Shown piece by piece: positions 1 to 13,299 of a DNA stretch of 64,000 nucleotides. Source of the DNA: Octopus bimaculoides (taxonomy: Eukaryota). The position numbers and the translations under genes are program-made. How positions within the stretch are numbered: the stretch's first letter is position 1; each line of letters starts with the position of its first letter. A model generated the notes under the pieces. The model saw only the letters and a list, made by a program, of their open reading frames with translations, made no database searches and was not told the DNA's origin. The stretch is from contig NC_069000.1 in assembly GCF_001194135.2 (NCBI RefSeq), positions 9,299,843 to 9,363,842 on the forward strand, given 5' to 3'.

Positions 1-848
1 TTATTAAGTTTATGAGATAAATTAATCAGAGGTAATTAATATATGACAACAGTAATTCATAAGCAGATTGTGTCATGTAATAAGCTTTGAATAAAACATT
101 TGGATACAAGCCAAATATTGATGCAGTTGGAGAATTAGGCATCATCTCATTGAAAGAAAGACCAGAATGAACAAATTAAGTGCAGAATATTTCTTCCTCT
201 TTTTCTAGTAACAGTTTAGTTCCTGTGCTAGATAACCATAAAATACTTATTACCTTGGATGAAACATTCTCCTGCAGGTTTTGATTTTATAACAATCTGA
301 GTTCTACATACTGCAAAATCTAACATACTAATAAAATCCTTGCAAATTCTACAGTGTCCAACTGACAATGGAATGAATAGTACCTCTTCATGGCATTGCT
401 AGGTAGACTTCTCAATTAAGAGATAAGTATATTGTACAGGAGCAGTAAAGCATTGATGACTGACTACAAAACATTGAGCCATTAGTTGAGAGAGTAACAT
501 ATTATTAACTTGGTTAGTTGCTAGCCTTAGTATAAAATATATTGCTACAAATATAGAGTGCAGGTTACATAACTAGCAATTCTTTCATTGGTATTTCATA
601 ACAATATTATTAAGTTTAACTCCTACAACAATAAAAGGACATTCAATAAAAGCTAAATAGACAAGTGGACTCCTATTTCTCCTTCCCTCTATTGTGTGTG
701 AGTGTGTGTGGTTATAGTTAATTTTTGTTCATTGCAGAAGGTCGTCTACACTTCATGCAAAGGATTCGACACCAGTTAGCAAAGTGAATTATATATAAAA
801 GTTAAATGCATATTTGCTACTCATCTAGACCTCTCTCTCCTCATACAT

Positions 849-850
<2 letters not shown>

Positions 851-913
<63 letters not shown>

Positions 914-924
914 CGTGTGTGTGT
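851..924. repeat. (GT)n microsatellite with GCGC interruption
   Basis: Direct reading. Confidence 0.98.
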
Positions 925-2139
925 TGAATAAGTTATTAAGTTGTTACTTAGCAGACTGTCATTTAAAAAGGCAAGTTCAAACTTTGACATAAATGGCATG
1001 AACAATAACTACTTTGATAGTTGCAGTGTAGAAACAGTGAAGTAAACTTACCAAATAAAAGATTATTGAAAACTAAGAAAATAATATTTACCTTTCTACT
1101 TTTCTATCTTTTGAAACTTGCAAATACATGTACATTCATGTTAAAGACACATAAGCAGACAAACACACATACACACGCATGCACACGTGCACACACACAC
1201 ACACACACAAACACACAACAACAACAACATGATTCTGCTATATAATGAAACAAACTCCTGAGTACTGAGACTGTTTTATTTCTTAAATTATCTGGGAATA
1301 ATTTGATATGGAATCACCAAATTTTGAACATTAACATCTTGTTATTTTAGACAGGGATTTTGAATATATATATAATGGAAATGGTTTTAAGTTGAAAATG
1401 TTTGATAAAATTAATGTAAATATTGTAATCTTTTAGATGAAAATCTTAAATTGTAAGAAAATCAAAACATTTCTTAAATTTTGAAAGATACGATTAATGT
1501 ATACCTGAAATATCAAATCTAAACCATTTTAATTACTTAAGAATATAAAGAAATGCTTCTTTCTAATAAAATTATCTAAATATGAACATATCTCAATATT
1601 TTAAAATAAATTTTAGCAGAGACAAGATAGTGTCACTTTTTAAAAGAATGAAAATAAAAATCATAATATATGCCTGGGTAACTAAAAATAATACTATTGT
1701 TATAATCTAATATACAAAGAATCCAATTTTTCAAAATGAAAGGAAATAAAAATTGAGATCATAGTCTCATAAAATTTCATGGTTTCAAAACAAATAAAAG
1801 AAAAAAAATCATGTAATAATATGAAGCTAAAAGTGAAACACACACAAGCAAATGAAAACATTATGTGATGACATGGAGCTAAAAGTGGAATAAGACTTTA
1901 TGAAAAAGCATCATAAAATTTGATTAATATCATACTATTTTCCTCATTTAAAATTAGATGATAGAAATCACTAAAGTTGATTACTGTCTAGAAACTATAG
2001 ATTTAACTGAAGTTTCATATTAAAAATGGTCAAATTGAACATGAGAAATTGCAAATCCTTATATTTGCTTTTAATAATATAGCAAATATTATCTTATATC
2101 TGTCCTCTCTGTGTGTGTGTGTGTGTGTACATGCAAGTG

Positions 2140-2400
2140 CACATGTGTGATGGTGTATCCCTGTCTTGATATTGTGTCATGGAAGATTTGAAATGGTGAT
2201 TTTGGTTTCCAATATTCCACGAAAGTTTCTCTGACCATGGAGAATTGTTACCCTGTTTGGAAATAGGTGATGGTTGGCAACAGAAACTGCATCTGGGTGT
2301 AGAAAATCTGCCACAATGAATTCTCTCTGACCCATGCAAGCATGGAAAAGTGAATGCTAAGATGATGATGACAACAATGACAACGATATGATGATGATCA
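2140..2400 (+). mobile_element. SINE 3' half with RTE-type tail (...CCCATGCAAGCATGGAAAAGTGAATGCTAAGATGATGATG)
   Basis: Collinear with 28940-29143 and 49300-49475, and ends in (GAT)n. Confidence 0.75.
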
Positions 2401-3349
2401 TGATGTCCCATGAGATTTAAATATCAAGAAGTCGATAATGGTATAAACAATGAATTATCATTTATAATCATTCATGTATGCTGATACTGCCTTCATTTGC
2501 AGTTTTTCAAAGTATTGTTTTGTGCACAGAAATACAACCATCTGGAACTTGTCAATAATTCAATGTCTCCAGCAAACTTTTCATATTTGATGACAATGCA
2601 AAATGATCAATCTGAAGCATGTGTGCATGTGTGTGTGTGTGTGTCGGAGATTACTTCATGCTAAATTAACATTTTTCCAAGAAAAGGAATAACTATTGAC
2701 ATCAATATATAATTGAGTCACACAGAAAATGGATAATTCATTAATGTTATCATATGCATGAAGAATCCTATTTTATAGAGAGAGCAAAACATCATAATCT
2801 TCATGTTTTTGATTAAAGTTTTATAAAGGTAGTCCAAGTATTCTAACAAGAATGAAAATACACTTTTCAGGGAATGTAACATTTTACTGTCTCTTACATC
2901 ATTAACAACAGCAATAAAAAAAAACTCCTTTACCTCAATGAAACATTCAATCCAAAGAAGGCAAGAGTAAAACAGCATTCAGTTGTAACCTTATACAGTT
3001 AATATTTTCTGGATATTTTTGTGGTCTGTGTAGGGAAACATGCATGCTGTGAGATAGTATTACAAAAAGACATTAACTAGCTATTTAAATAGGGCACACA
3101 GGAGCTAAGGTGTGAAGTGAGATTTGAAAGAAATTGTGATAGCACTAAAAAATGCTGTGGAACAGAAAATATTATGATAATGTCAAAAACGTTTCAGAGA
3201 AATATAATAAATGTATATGTCAATGTTTGCATGAATATATATGTAATAATAAAAATAATTTCATGTATTACACACACACACACACACACATACACACACA
3301 CACACAACACAATGTAGATAATTCTGAAGTTATTTATTCATTTAGAAAG

Positions 3350-4192
3350 CCTTTAACTGTAGAGATTGAAATGATGCAAAACATCCTATTGTTCCCCATG
3401 TAAGCAGAAAAGTAATTGGAAATCTTCTTACAAATCTGCTTTGGAAATCTGATAATGAGGGATGAAGCTCATTTCATCTCAATGGCATGGTGAATCAACA
3501 GAACTGTCGTTATTGGGCTCTTGAAAATCTAAGAGAACTGCACGAAAGACCACTGCACAGCCCAAACGTGTTGGTCTCATGTGCTGTTGGAAAAGTTGCC
3601 ATCATTGGTCCTTACTTTTCTGAAGACAATAATGGAAATGCTGTTACTGTGAACTCTGGGCATTACATCAAGATGATAAACAACTTCTTTGTGCCTGAAT
3701 TACAACGGAAACATATGCCTATTCGATGTGTGTGGTTTCAGCAGGATGGGGCAACAGCCTACACGGCCAGAGCATCAATAGGTGTTCTTTGCTCTCTCTT
3801 TGGTGACGACCTCATTTCCAGGTCTGTTGACATTCCTTGGCCCCTTTGGTTTCCTGATTTGTCCATGTGTGATTATTTCTTGTGGGAAAACCTCAAGGCA
3901 TGCAAATATGCGCATAAGCCCCATACATTAGATGATTTGAAGGAAGCTATTCACATGGAAGTTGCCCAAATTGACAGAGCAATGCTGGAGGGAGTAGAGG
4001 CCAACTTCCAAGAACACCTTCAGAAATGCATCAATGAAAATGGACACCAAATGATGGATGTTGTTTTCCACACTTGACTTTGACAAATGCTAATTCAATA
4101 CGAACACATTAACGTCAATAAAATTTGTTTGCATCTAAAATTAATGATTTTGTGAATTTTTCAAAAACGTCTGTCCTCTCTGCCCCACCCTG
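3350..4192 (+). mobile_element. 5'-truncated Tc1/mariner-superfamily DNA transposon, DD41D (rosa/Visitor-type), with right-hand TIR
   Basis: Transposase motifs read NLIMRDEAHF/HLNGMVNQQNCRYW...IIGPYF...WFQQDGATAYTA...WPLWFPDLSMCDYFLW. The 3' end ...GTCCTCTCTGCCCCACCCTG (4173-4192) reverse-complements to CAGGGTGGGGCAG, a typical Tc1/mariner terminus. No matching left TIR was seen. Confidence 0.9.
3446..4077 (+). pseudogene. DD41D transposase catalytic domain, frameshifted
   Basis: The first Asp (GAT 3461-3463, in DEAHF) is out of frame with ORF 3487-4077 by a 1-nt deletion. Exactly 41 residues separate the QQD Asp and the CDYF Asp. The conserved WPPRSPDL-type motif is degraded to WPLWFPDL, and the DNA-binding N-terminus is absent. 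Confidence 0.88.
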
Positions 4193-4973
4193 CATTTATA
4201 AATACATTGGAAAAGGAATATATTTAAAATTTAAAACAAGCATGAATTTTGAACAAGGGGCAAATTACACATGGTACCTGATATGCCCTTAGAGTAGCAA
4301 GTAGGAAATGGTTTAACCCCAGATTTCTATTATACAATGAGAAAATGGCTAACAACCAAAATGAGTGTAAGAACAAAACAAAAAAATATGTAGTGTATTT
4401 GAAATATTTATAAAGCTAACTTGAGAGGAATTCAACTGAGAGTGAATTCAAATATTTTCAGAACTTTTATTAATGTTAATAATAATATCTATATGATGTA
4501 ACTAGATTACTGGTTAGGTTTGACTTGCCAAAGTTATCATATTTCTTAATATATTTCATGTCAGGGGTAGGAAGATGAGTACGACTTCCGTGACTGACAA
4601 ACTTTCAGACAATGGAAGGAAATGGCTAATGCTATCTTGGCTTTAACAACAAAAACAAAACCATAAACTATGTTTCCATATTTATAGTTTGTAAATTTAA
4701 TCTCTCATTATATATGAAAAAAAAAAGTATTTGAGAGTATATATTAACAGGTCATGGCCAAGATGGTTATAAGTTTGCTGCAATAAAAGCTTTGCAAAAA
4801 GACATTCATTATTAAATACAACTCAATTAGAACTTTAGCTTCGTAGATTACTAAGAAATATTATCTAGAGCATGTTATTTCCTACATATAAATAAATAGG
4901 AGTATTGCTGAAAGACTGTGCCGTTTAGCAGAGATCAGTACATTCATTGTACATATATCTTTCTAGTACAATT

Positions 4974-4974
<1 letters not shown>

Positions 4975-5026
<52 letters not shown>

Positions 5027-5084
5027 CACACACACACATATGTATAGAACGCCCCCATACATAATATTAATCTGTCTATATGCT

Positions 5085-5135
<51 letters not shown>
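4975..5135. repeat. (TA)n and (CA)n microsatellites
   Basis: Direct reading. Confidence 0.95.
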
Positions 5136-5140
<5 letters not shown>

Positions 5141-5336
5141 TACAAAGGGTTCTCATTTGGTAATCACAGTAGTCCATAGTATGTTTTTTCATATTCTTAC
5201 AAAATGGCAAAATGGTCGTAACATTTCAGCAAAATGTTAAGTTTCATAAAAGGTAGAACAGGAAAAAATAGACCCTCTAGTGAAATTATTGGTGATATGT
5301 TTTGCTGAAAAACTGTGGGCATGTTGTAAGAATATG

Positions 5337-5565
5337 CATGGTCGACAGAAACTGAAAGAAGTCCATTGTATGTGTGTGTGTGTGTGTGTCTACCCACCAC
5401 TAACAACCAGTGTTGATGTGTTTATGTCCCTGTAACTTAGTAGTTCACCAAAAGTGTCTGATAGAATAAGTATCAGTACTTTAAAAAAAAAAGTACCAGG
5501 GTCGATTTATTTGACTAAAACTCTTGAAGGCAGTGCACCAGCATGGACACAGAGTGAAGGGAAAA
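5337..5565 (+). mobile_element. tRNA-derived SINE family A, 3' half with tail type 1
   Basis: GACAGAAACTGAAAGAAG + (GT)n + GTGTTTATGTCCCTGTAACTTAG...GATAGAATAAGTA...GACTAAAA...GAAGGCAGTGCACCAGCATGG. It is the reverse-complement match of 18175-18440. Confidence 0.75.
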
Positions 5566-7109
5566 ATAAACTCTTGTTTGTCTATTGAACTATATATTTT
5601 TTAAAAAACTTTTATATAATAACATCATATTTGTCATATCCTGTAAAAATGGTGCCATCTTTTGTGGAAAATCATCAACAGGCTTCACCTCCAAGAACTT
5701 ATAAGAAAAAATTATTTTTAAAGGTTCTAAATTTGAAGAAATATATTGGCTATTCTTTCAGATTTGTATATTACAGAGATTAGTTTATCAAAGATTAATC
5801 AGTTAGACTCAACTCTAACACAAAGACAATGAAGTAAAAAAATATATATAAACTAAAACAGTACTTTTTTTTTGTTATTGTCATTTTTATCATTGTCAAT
5901 TTTATTGTTGTGATTAAAGATTAGAGTAAAATTGGTTGATTAAGGGAGGGAAAAAAACAGCTTAATATCAGGACAAAACTATGTCTTAATTGGTTTTCTT
6001 TGAGGAAAAAATTTCATTAAAAAATTATTATCACTAGCAGAGAATATTTAAAATAACAAATATAAAAAAATATCATAATTGACAGGGGGAAAAAAGACAA
6101 ATAAAAAGAAATAGTTTTGTATTTCAATGCAAGAAGTATTTAGGGAATAAAGGTAACTGAAGAAGAAACTGCTGTTTCTATTAATCTAAACAAATAAAAA
6201 AAACAAATGTGTCAAAGTATCTTCAGAAAATAAAACTATTCCAGCAGTTTTGAAAATTGCTGACAAAAGAATGTTTTGTCAGTGCAAGACAGATGCTGTC
6301 AAGTACACTCCTTTCTATTGCAATTTTCATACATCAGCACTTCAGGTTTTCATGTATCTTTAGTTGTAACAATGGAGTAATCTCACCAAAGGAGATTAAT
6401 GCAAGACACTGCTTATATTTTCAATGAAATAATTTAAAAGAGCTCAGTAAGAATTGTTCTTTGATATACTATTGCAAGTGATTAGTCTACATTTCAGAGT
6501 TGGGCCCTACCTAGCATAAAATAAGATTAAAAGAAGTTTTGCATTTGTCTGGCCATAGGTCATAGTTTAATTGAATTAAAAGAAAAGACAAAATAATAAT
6601 TATGAAAACAAAAGGACAGAAATAAAACTCCAAAATGGCAGGAGAAGAAGCATAAAACATTTTATAGAAATAAATGATTAGGGCTATTATCTTTTTAAAC
6701 TACAGGAGTTAATTATAATTTCATTTAAATTTATTGAATCACTTGCTTTTTTTTTTAGCTTTTCTAAAGCTGACAAAGTACTTAAGTAATGTTACTTTTC
6801 CGTAATAAATAATAAAACATGACATTTATCGGAGTTGAAATTACCATTTTTGTGAGTACTTAAAAAAAAAAAAACTTCACTGAAATTTTGACAACACAGT
6901 ACATGCCATTTATATGAACACTAGAATCAACAAATCATATAGGTTGGCCAGGTAAACTTCAGTGTTATAGTTAAAGTATCATAAATTCATGTTGTATCAC
7001 AGCCATTAAACTGTTCTTTGGGCGAGGTACTGAACAGCTCTTCCTAAAAGTTACCAGGCAACGGATTAAGTAAGACAGAAAAAAACAGGAAGTCCGAAAG
7101 TCACTGAAG

Positions 7110-7162
7110 GAGATGATGATGAGAAGGAGAAGAAGAAGAAGAAGAAGAAGAAGAAGAAGAAG
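7110..7162. repeat. (GAT)n/(GAA)n microsatellite
   Basis: Direct reading. Confidence 0.95.
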
Positions 7163-7370
7163 ATATAGGCACAGTGTCTGAAATTTGAAGGAGGGGATTA
7201 GTCAATACCATTGATCCCAATACTGGACTGGTACTTTATGTAACAAGCCAAGATGAAAGAAAAGCAAAATTGATCTCAGCAAGATTTGAACTCAAAATAC
7301 AAACCACAAGAACAAACACCATAAGTCATTTTATCTGATGCTCTAATGATTCTGCCAATCCATCAAATAA
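7160..7370 (-). mobile_element. tRNA-derived SINE family B (core like CTTTCATC...GGGGTCGATAAA...GTACCAG; tail GCCTTGTGCCTA)
   Basis: Reads ATAGGCACA..CTGAAATTTG..GGAGGGG..AGTCAATACCATTGATCCCA..ACTGGTACTT...GATGAAAG...GATTTGAACTCA on the + strand. It is homologous to copies at 8160, 17825, 20505, 51610 and 63345. Confidence 0.75.
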
Positions 7371-8159
7371 TAATAATCAATAGATACTTTACTGCACTGA
7401 AAGATATCCATTTACAAGAAAATGAAAAACAAATGATCAAAATATTGAAAGATACCTATGTAGGTAATAGATTAACTTAGTGAAGTTTTATTGATTTTTT
7501 TGTCTCGTATAAATAACATTCTGAAATGTTTGCACTGATGCTTGATTAGTCAACATGTATAAATACGCTAAAAGAGAGTGAATCAAATCAATATCATACA
7601 AATTTAGTCCCCACAAAAAAAAGAAAAACTGTCAAACAATACAAATGAAAACCCTCTCATATGATCGATCCAAGGTTAAGACAGATGAGTAATTTGAATT
7701 TTATGCCTAAAAATTATGAAAAGTGGTGCATGCAAAACACCAAAATAAATAAGTTGGTACCTTCAATCTGCATCTTCTAACACTAAAACAATAGCATTTA
7801 CTCTACTCCTTTGTACAAGCTAAACACACAGCTCCTCCACTCAAGCAAATCCATAACACTTGTCTCCTCTCTTTCCATCCAAAATAAAATAAAAATAACT
7901 CTGATAGGCACAGCCCATATCCTACCCAAAACACTTTCAATTTGAAAGCACATACAACACATACTACATAATCACCACACAATATTGTAAGTACAACCCA
8001 TACAACATATACTCTACACAACAAACAGGCAAAACACTATGATAATACCTGAAACAACAAACCCACAAAACATCCAATACCAACAAAAGACAAAACAGCA
8101 CACATCTTCAATATAGAGGTGCACCTTGTGGTGCAATAGAATCTTGTATAAAACTGTGA

Positions 8160-8290
8160 TTTATAGCTTAGGCACAAGCCCATTCATTTCGGAGAGAAAA
8201 CAGCTGAGTATATCAACCCTGATATCTGACTTGTAGTATTTTATTGAGCCTAAAAAGATGAAGGACTAAGTTGACTACAGTTTTGCAAGA
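8160..8290 (-). mobile_element. SINE family B fragment
   Basis: TAGGCACAAGCCC...TCAACCCTG...ACTTGTAGTATTTTATTGAGCC..AAAGATGAAGG..AAGTTGAC aligns by eye to 7160-7270. Confidence 0.6.
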
Positions 8291-8299
8291 ACTACAAGA

Positions 8300-9930
8300 A
8301 AAGTGGCAACAAGTCAAGTCCATTATACAGTCTCAATTCACCTAAGAAATCACTTTACTTTTTTTATATTGATAATTATCTAGGGAAAATCAGGAACATT
8401 ATAGCCCTTTTCCCTATCAAGAGTTACAAGACCTTGTGTCTAGTCAAAAGAAATTTATATTAAGATTTTAATGAAAAGTAATCCTCAATTGAGGATAAAG
8501 AAAATTGTTTTAAAAGCCAAACCTCAGAGGAAGTAATAAAATAGAAATAGAAGTGCTTGGAAGAAGTAAATCTTTTAACATAATATCACAGCTATTACAA
8601 ATAGTTAGGCAAAACTTGCATTATAAAGAAGAGTACCAAACGAGTCAAACATTAATTTCCTGAGAACAGCGTTAAATATTCATGTGATGGTAGCAATGAA
8701 ATTGCTTTACCCTTTCCAATGATGGGACCAAGTGTAAATGTAATTGAAAGGGGTCAATTGAAAGGATGAATAGGCACACACATATCTTTAAAGGTACAAG
8801 CCTTATAAAAGGTTTGTATTGTCCTTGTTTAATGAAATATGACAGAAGATAAGTAGACTGACACAACCCTGATAGATATTTCTCATTGTTTTGAACAAAA
8901 ATCCCATAATTATATGAACATAAATTAACATTCACGTGCATATTTTAAGATAAGAATGAATAAACATATATTACCAATAAGAATTCTTTTGATCAGGTAC
9001 ATGGTCAATTGAAGATGGGTAAATCAACCTCAATGTATTAACAGTCAACTCTATATTCTAATGTGAAATCAATGATTTTTTTTTTTTACTGGGCACAGGT
9101 CAATTTTTGTAAGAGGGAATAGTATATTACTGGAACTTTCTTTACCAACACAAAGAATTCAACTAAGCACTGTAAAAAAATTTGGAATTTCTTTAGTTCA
9201 ATATGAACCATAAAGTAGTTTGTCTGACACTCAACTGTCTTGGCTATCTAAATGAAAGCACTGTAGTCTGATGGAAAGATATTACTTAGTCAAAGATATG
9301 GCCAGATGCTGATGTGAACTGAACAAAATTTATCTAAATTACATTAAACAATAAAAGCATGAATATCTCATTTTCCTCATTTTAGTTTTTCTTAAAAATT
9401 TTAGGTCTCATGTCTACAAATTTGACTTAGATCAATAGTTTTGAGCTGGGATAGGCAGTATCATATTGACAGGCTTTCATCTTCCCTAATGTATCACCTG
9501 ATCCAAATATTATAGTAATGAAACAGATATCTTAAAACTACAAATCCAAGACTCTGTGAACTAAGAAATTATTTTGTTATTTTTATTTTATAAGATACAT
9601 AGTTTTTGACATAGTTCCCAAGCAGTTATAATATTTAGGATATAATTAAGGGATTCAAAGTATGCCAAGTGGGTAATGAACATTTCTTAAATGAATTTGG
9701 GTAATTTAACTCATTCTTCTATTTTCTATAGAGAAGAATAGAATATGAACCAAAAAATGCCTACTTCCAATTACCATCTATCACGTGAAAATAGGTATTA
9801 GGAAAACATTGATTTAAAAAAATTAAATATTTGATGCATGCATAAATATTTGGGCAAAACTGGAGAGGCATAATCTTCATAGCTTAAGTTATAAATTCCT
9901 TATGGATTACAAATGTCTAACCATCAGAAA
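8300..9930 (-). mobile_element. Heavily decayed L1/Tx1-like LINE ORF2 relic (endonuclease plus RT fragments)
   Basis: Minus-strand remnants appear in the expected order. An APE-like start near 9900, then NLDKF...IFPSDYSA near 9200-9330 (RID...SDH-like), then IKQG...LFILSIDPF in ORF 8672-8941 (RQGCPLSP..F.L.I.P-like), then DREKGYNVPD near 8400. There are many stops and frameshifts. Confidence 0.4.
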
Positions 9931-10499
9931 AATAAACAAAAATATTTTAATGAGATTTCTTTTGTAGTGACTATCTTTAGAGTGAAATTCAACAATAATG
10001 TGGTATTATAGTGAAGTCATTGATCCAGTGCTGTTTTAGCATAAGCTTCAACTTACACATCACATTGTTATATCATGAAAGTCAGCTAGCAGAGTTAAAG
10101 AGTGCAAGACGTTGCTTCAGCAGATTGTTTCTGTCTGTCTTAAAAATAGATCTTTTGCATTGTCAGTGCATTTTGGAATAGATGAAAAATCAAACAAATA
10201 TTTTAAAGAATCTAAAAAAATATCTTTCTTTTGTGACTTCTTGATTTATAAGGATGTATTCAGAGTTGATTAAGCAAAAGCAAGTTCAGAAAAAAAAAAA
10301 AAAAATTTAATTTTGGAATTTGAAAGTAATTTTATTTGCAATGTATTTATATATTCATTTAATTCATAAAACATATTCATCATAAAAACTGAATAAATTT
10401 TCTCATTAAACTGAACTACATTTACTTTAATTTGGATAATTTAGTAAAATTATTGTACATGTAGTACAAACTCATTGACATTGTGAGATCATTTTTAGC

Positions 10500-10870
10500 A
10501 TAATAGAAACTGCACAGTATCACCTATACACTGAAATCAATCACTGAAATTCATACTATCACCAAGATGTCATGAAGTCAATCCATAACCACAGTCTTCA
10601 TCAGCTTACATTGCATTAACAATAAGTTCGACTACATTCAAGTTACAGAACATGAACAGCTCACTGGGACACTTTTACAACACCACACTAAAATCACAAT
10701 CTTCCTCAATTTATTCAAACACAAAATATCTCTCAATTTTAGACAATTGTTGACTCCCTAAATAAATTCAAAAGTATTGAAGCTCTGTGCCCACTTTCTG
10801 TCATCACCATCAAAACCTCCAAACATAAAACAAAAGGCTCAATTCAAGTACATCTGCCACACTTACTAGC
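10500..10870 (+). mobile_element. Possible decayed LINE AP-endonuclease fragment
   Basis: C/A-rich tract with remnants DYIQVTEH..., NLFKHKISL and TIKT...VHLP resembling QETK / TLIKHNI / IYLPP endonuclease segments. The match is weak. Confidence 0.25.
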
Positions 10871-13299
10871 TGACATTATATTATGGACTGTGTTGTGAAA
10901 ATTAAGTTAGGGAGAGGTCAAATACCCATCATTTTTACAAAGCCACCCACACAGGGAGACCAAAGCAGTTGTTGGTCAGTTTCTATATATCCATATATTA
11001 ATATCTATATGAAAACTGTGGATGCTGAGAAATTCAAGAGAATTGCAATTTTGGAGTATAAGGCTTGAGCAAAGTGTTTAGTGTGGCATGATGAGAGGTG
11101 AAGAGGTGCTGCACATTGAGCTAGTTCATAGGAGTAGAATAGAGGTTATTATACTAGTTCCGGGATATACCAATAGAAGAAACTGTTCATTTGTTACTCA
11201 GTGGCTGTTGTGTATTATTGAGTGACAGTCAGCCAAATGGCTTCTTAGAGTAGAAATATAAGCTCTTAGTTCAAATGTATCTTCTTATTTCTTGATTAAT
11301 TTATTAGTTGGCTTGTGATTCAACTACTGAAAGAGAAATTAAAGCTCCAAACTTTTCTACTTAATCTTAACCTAGAATTCAAAGATGTTATTTTAAAAAA
11401 ACTTAAAATATCTGAATCTCAATATGCCAAGTCATGTATACATATATTGAGGAGATGAGCCTTTACTTCCTTCTAGCATACAAATGGTAAGCTGACTGAC
11501 TAGCTCAATCATTTTATAAGAGTTAGCGATAAGTTTGTGGTTGAATGCACAAAACTTAAAGTATAGCAGATGACAAAATTCTTAATAACAAAAGGAAATA
11601 CAAAGTTGAGAATATGATAAGCTACTTGAGATAAGAGCAATGAGAGATTTTATTGAACAGTTGATCTTAACTATGAGAGTGATAAACCTAATTGAACTCC
11701 AAGTGGTTAATATTTGATTAGCTAAGGGAAAAATGTTTTACATAGTGCCATATGATCTTTCTTGTATGTATCTGAGTTAGTACAACAGATGAACTGAATC
11801 TTATTTGCTGATCCATTCGATCTTTTGAGCACCAGATATAAAACTCTTGATATAGCACCAGATTTCTCTTTCTTTGAGGTTCTTTTACATTAAAACTCAT
11901 ATTAAAAATGTTTAATAATACATTTATCAGAGTTAATAACATGAGCAATAAAAAAGTGAAACAATATTTTTAAAACTGAAAGAGATTGAATTTTGCCTTT
12001 TTAAAGAAAGATTTGATAGCAATACAGTTGCAAACATCACTATGATGGTAAAAAGAAAAAATGCACCCCGCTCCATCCTCTCTCCATAACTTAAATATTA
12101 GGAATATTTTCTGTTGACAGTAGTAAAAGGATAGTAAGAAAAACAAGCTATCAAACAGCAATCAAATTCAATGTCTGAATGTATATATTGTTAAGAGGAA
12201 TCACATGTAAAGGGAAGAAAATGTTTAATTTAATTCTGAGGAAAGAACTCAACTTTCAGCAAGATCTTGCCAAAAAAAAAGAAAATGTAATGTAACACAC
12301 AATGAAAGTAATATATAAAAAGGTGGGTTTGATTATTTCCAGTGTTTTAAACAATAAAAGTATATAGATAGCACAATCCTATATACATGAATATACCATT
12401 ATCAGCCAAGTAAAAAAGCTAGAAGTAGCAAAGAAGCAATATAGGATAAGACTACATACAACAGTTTGGAGCTTTTATTTTAATTTCTCTTTGTCAAGTG
12501 AATCACAAGTGAACAAATAAATGAATCAATAAACAATTAAGAAGATACATTTACTATTCAATGTGAATGATTCGAAGAAACAATTGTTGAGGGGAAAATA
12601 CATTAAACTAATACAATTTAATGAATTATTTAATTGTTCTGATCAGGTTAAGGCTACTATGAATACACACTCACACACATACATACAAAATATATATATA
12701 TATATATATATGGTCATTCAATGTTAGAAACTGCAGTCAAATCACACTCTATCTCATTAAAAAAAATGGATTGAACAATGTAATCCCTAATATACAAAAA
12801 ACAGGATGGTTATGACTGGAACACTTCTTGATTATAGGTTTTGACCTGAGGCTCAACAACAACATTTTTCTCATCATCATCAACATTTTTACATTTATTT
12901 TATCATGCTGTCATAGGCTGAACAAATCTGCAACATGGCCTAAAATTATTTCTCTCAATTTTTGTGTAATCTTATATATGACAGCTGACATTCAGTTTTT
13001 TTTTTAAACTTAATTAGTCAGAGAAGCAGGAAGATATGTGGTGCCCATGATATTTCAAGTTCTCTCAGAAGCCAAAGCAGTTGCTGTTTAGCTTCTTAAA
13101 TTTTTATAAGTTACTGTCTTCAGAGAAAATACGGGAACTTTTATGCAGGCTGTTTGACCTATTAGACATAATAGGTAATCTCTTGTGGATCAAATCTTGG
13201 CTAAAGGAAAGGAAATGACACAGGATAGTAGCAATGGTTAGAAATACTTTTTATTTAGACAAGGTTAACCTGGGGTTAAATTACAGTATCAACTTGCAT

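Noticed and set aside
737-790. Plus-strand acceptor TTTTGTTCATTGCAG followed by a short CpG-containing open frame (GRLHFMQRIRHQLAK)
   Set aside because: There is no convincing donor and no recognisable protein.
2934-3025. Minus-strand segment with strong acceptor and donor, reading PQKYPENINC (CUB-like)
   Set aside because: All three frames contain a stop before the donor.
4560-4650. Possible box C/D snoRNA (GATGAG...CTGA)
   Set aside because: There is no proper RUGAUGA C box or terminal stem.
8481-8496. Perfect 16-bp palindrome ATCCTCAATTGAGGAT
   Set aside because: About one such palindrome is expected by chance in 64 kb of AT-rich DNA, and it lies in a LINE relic.
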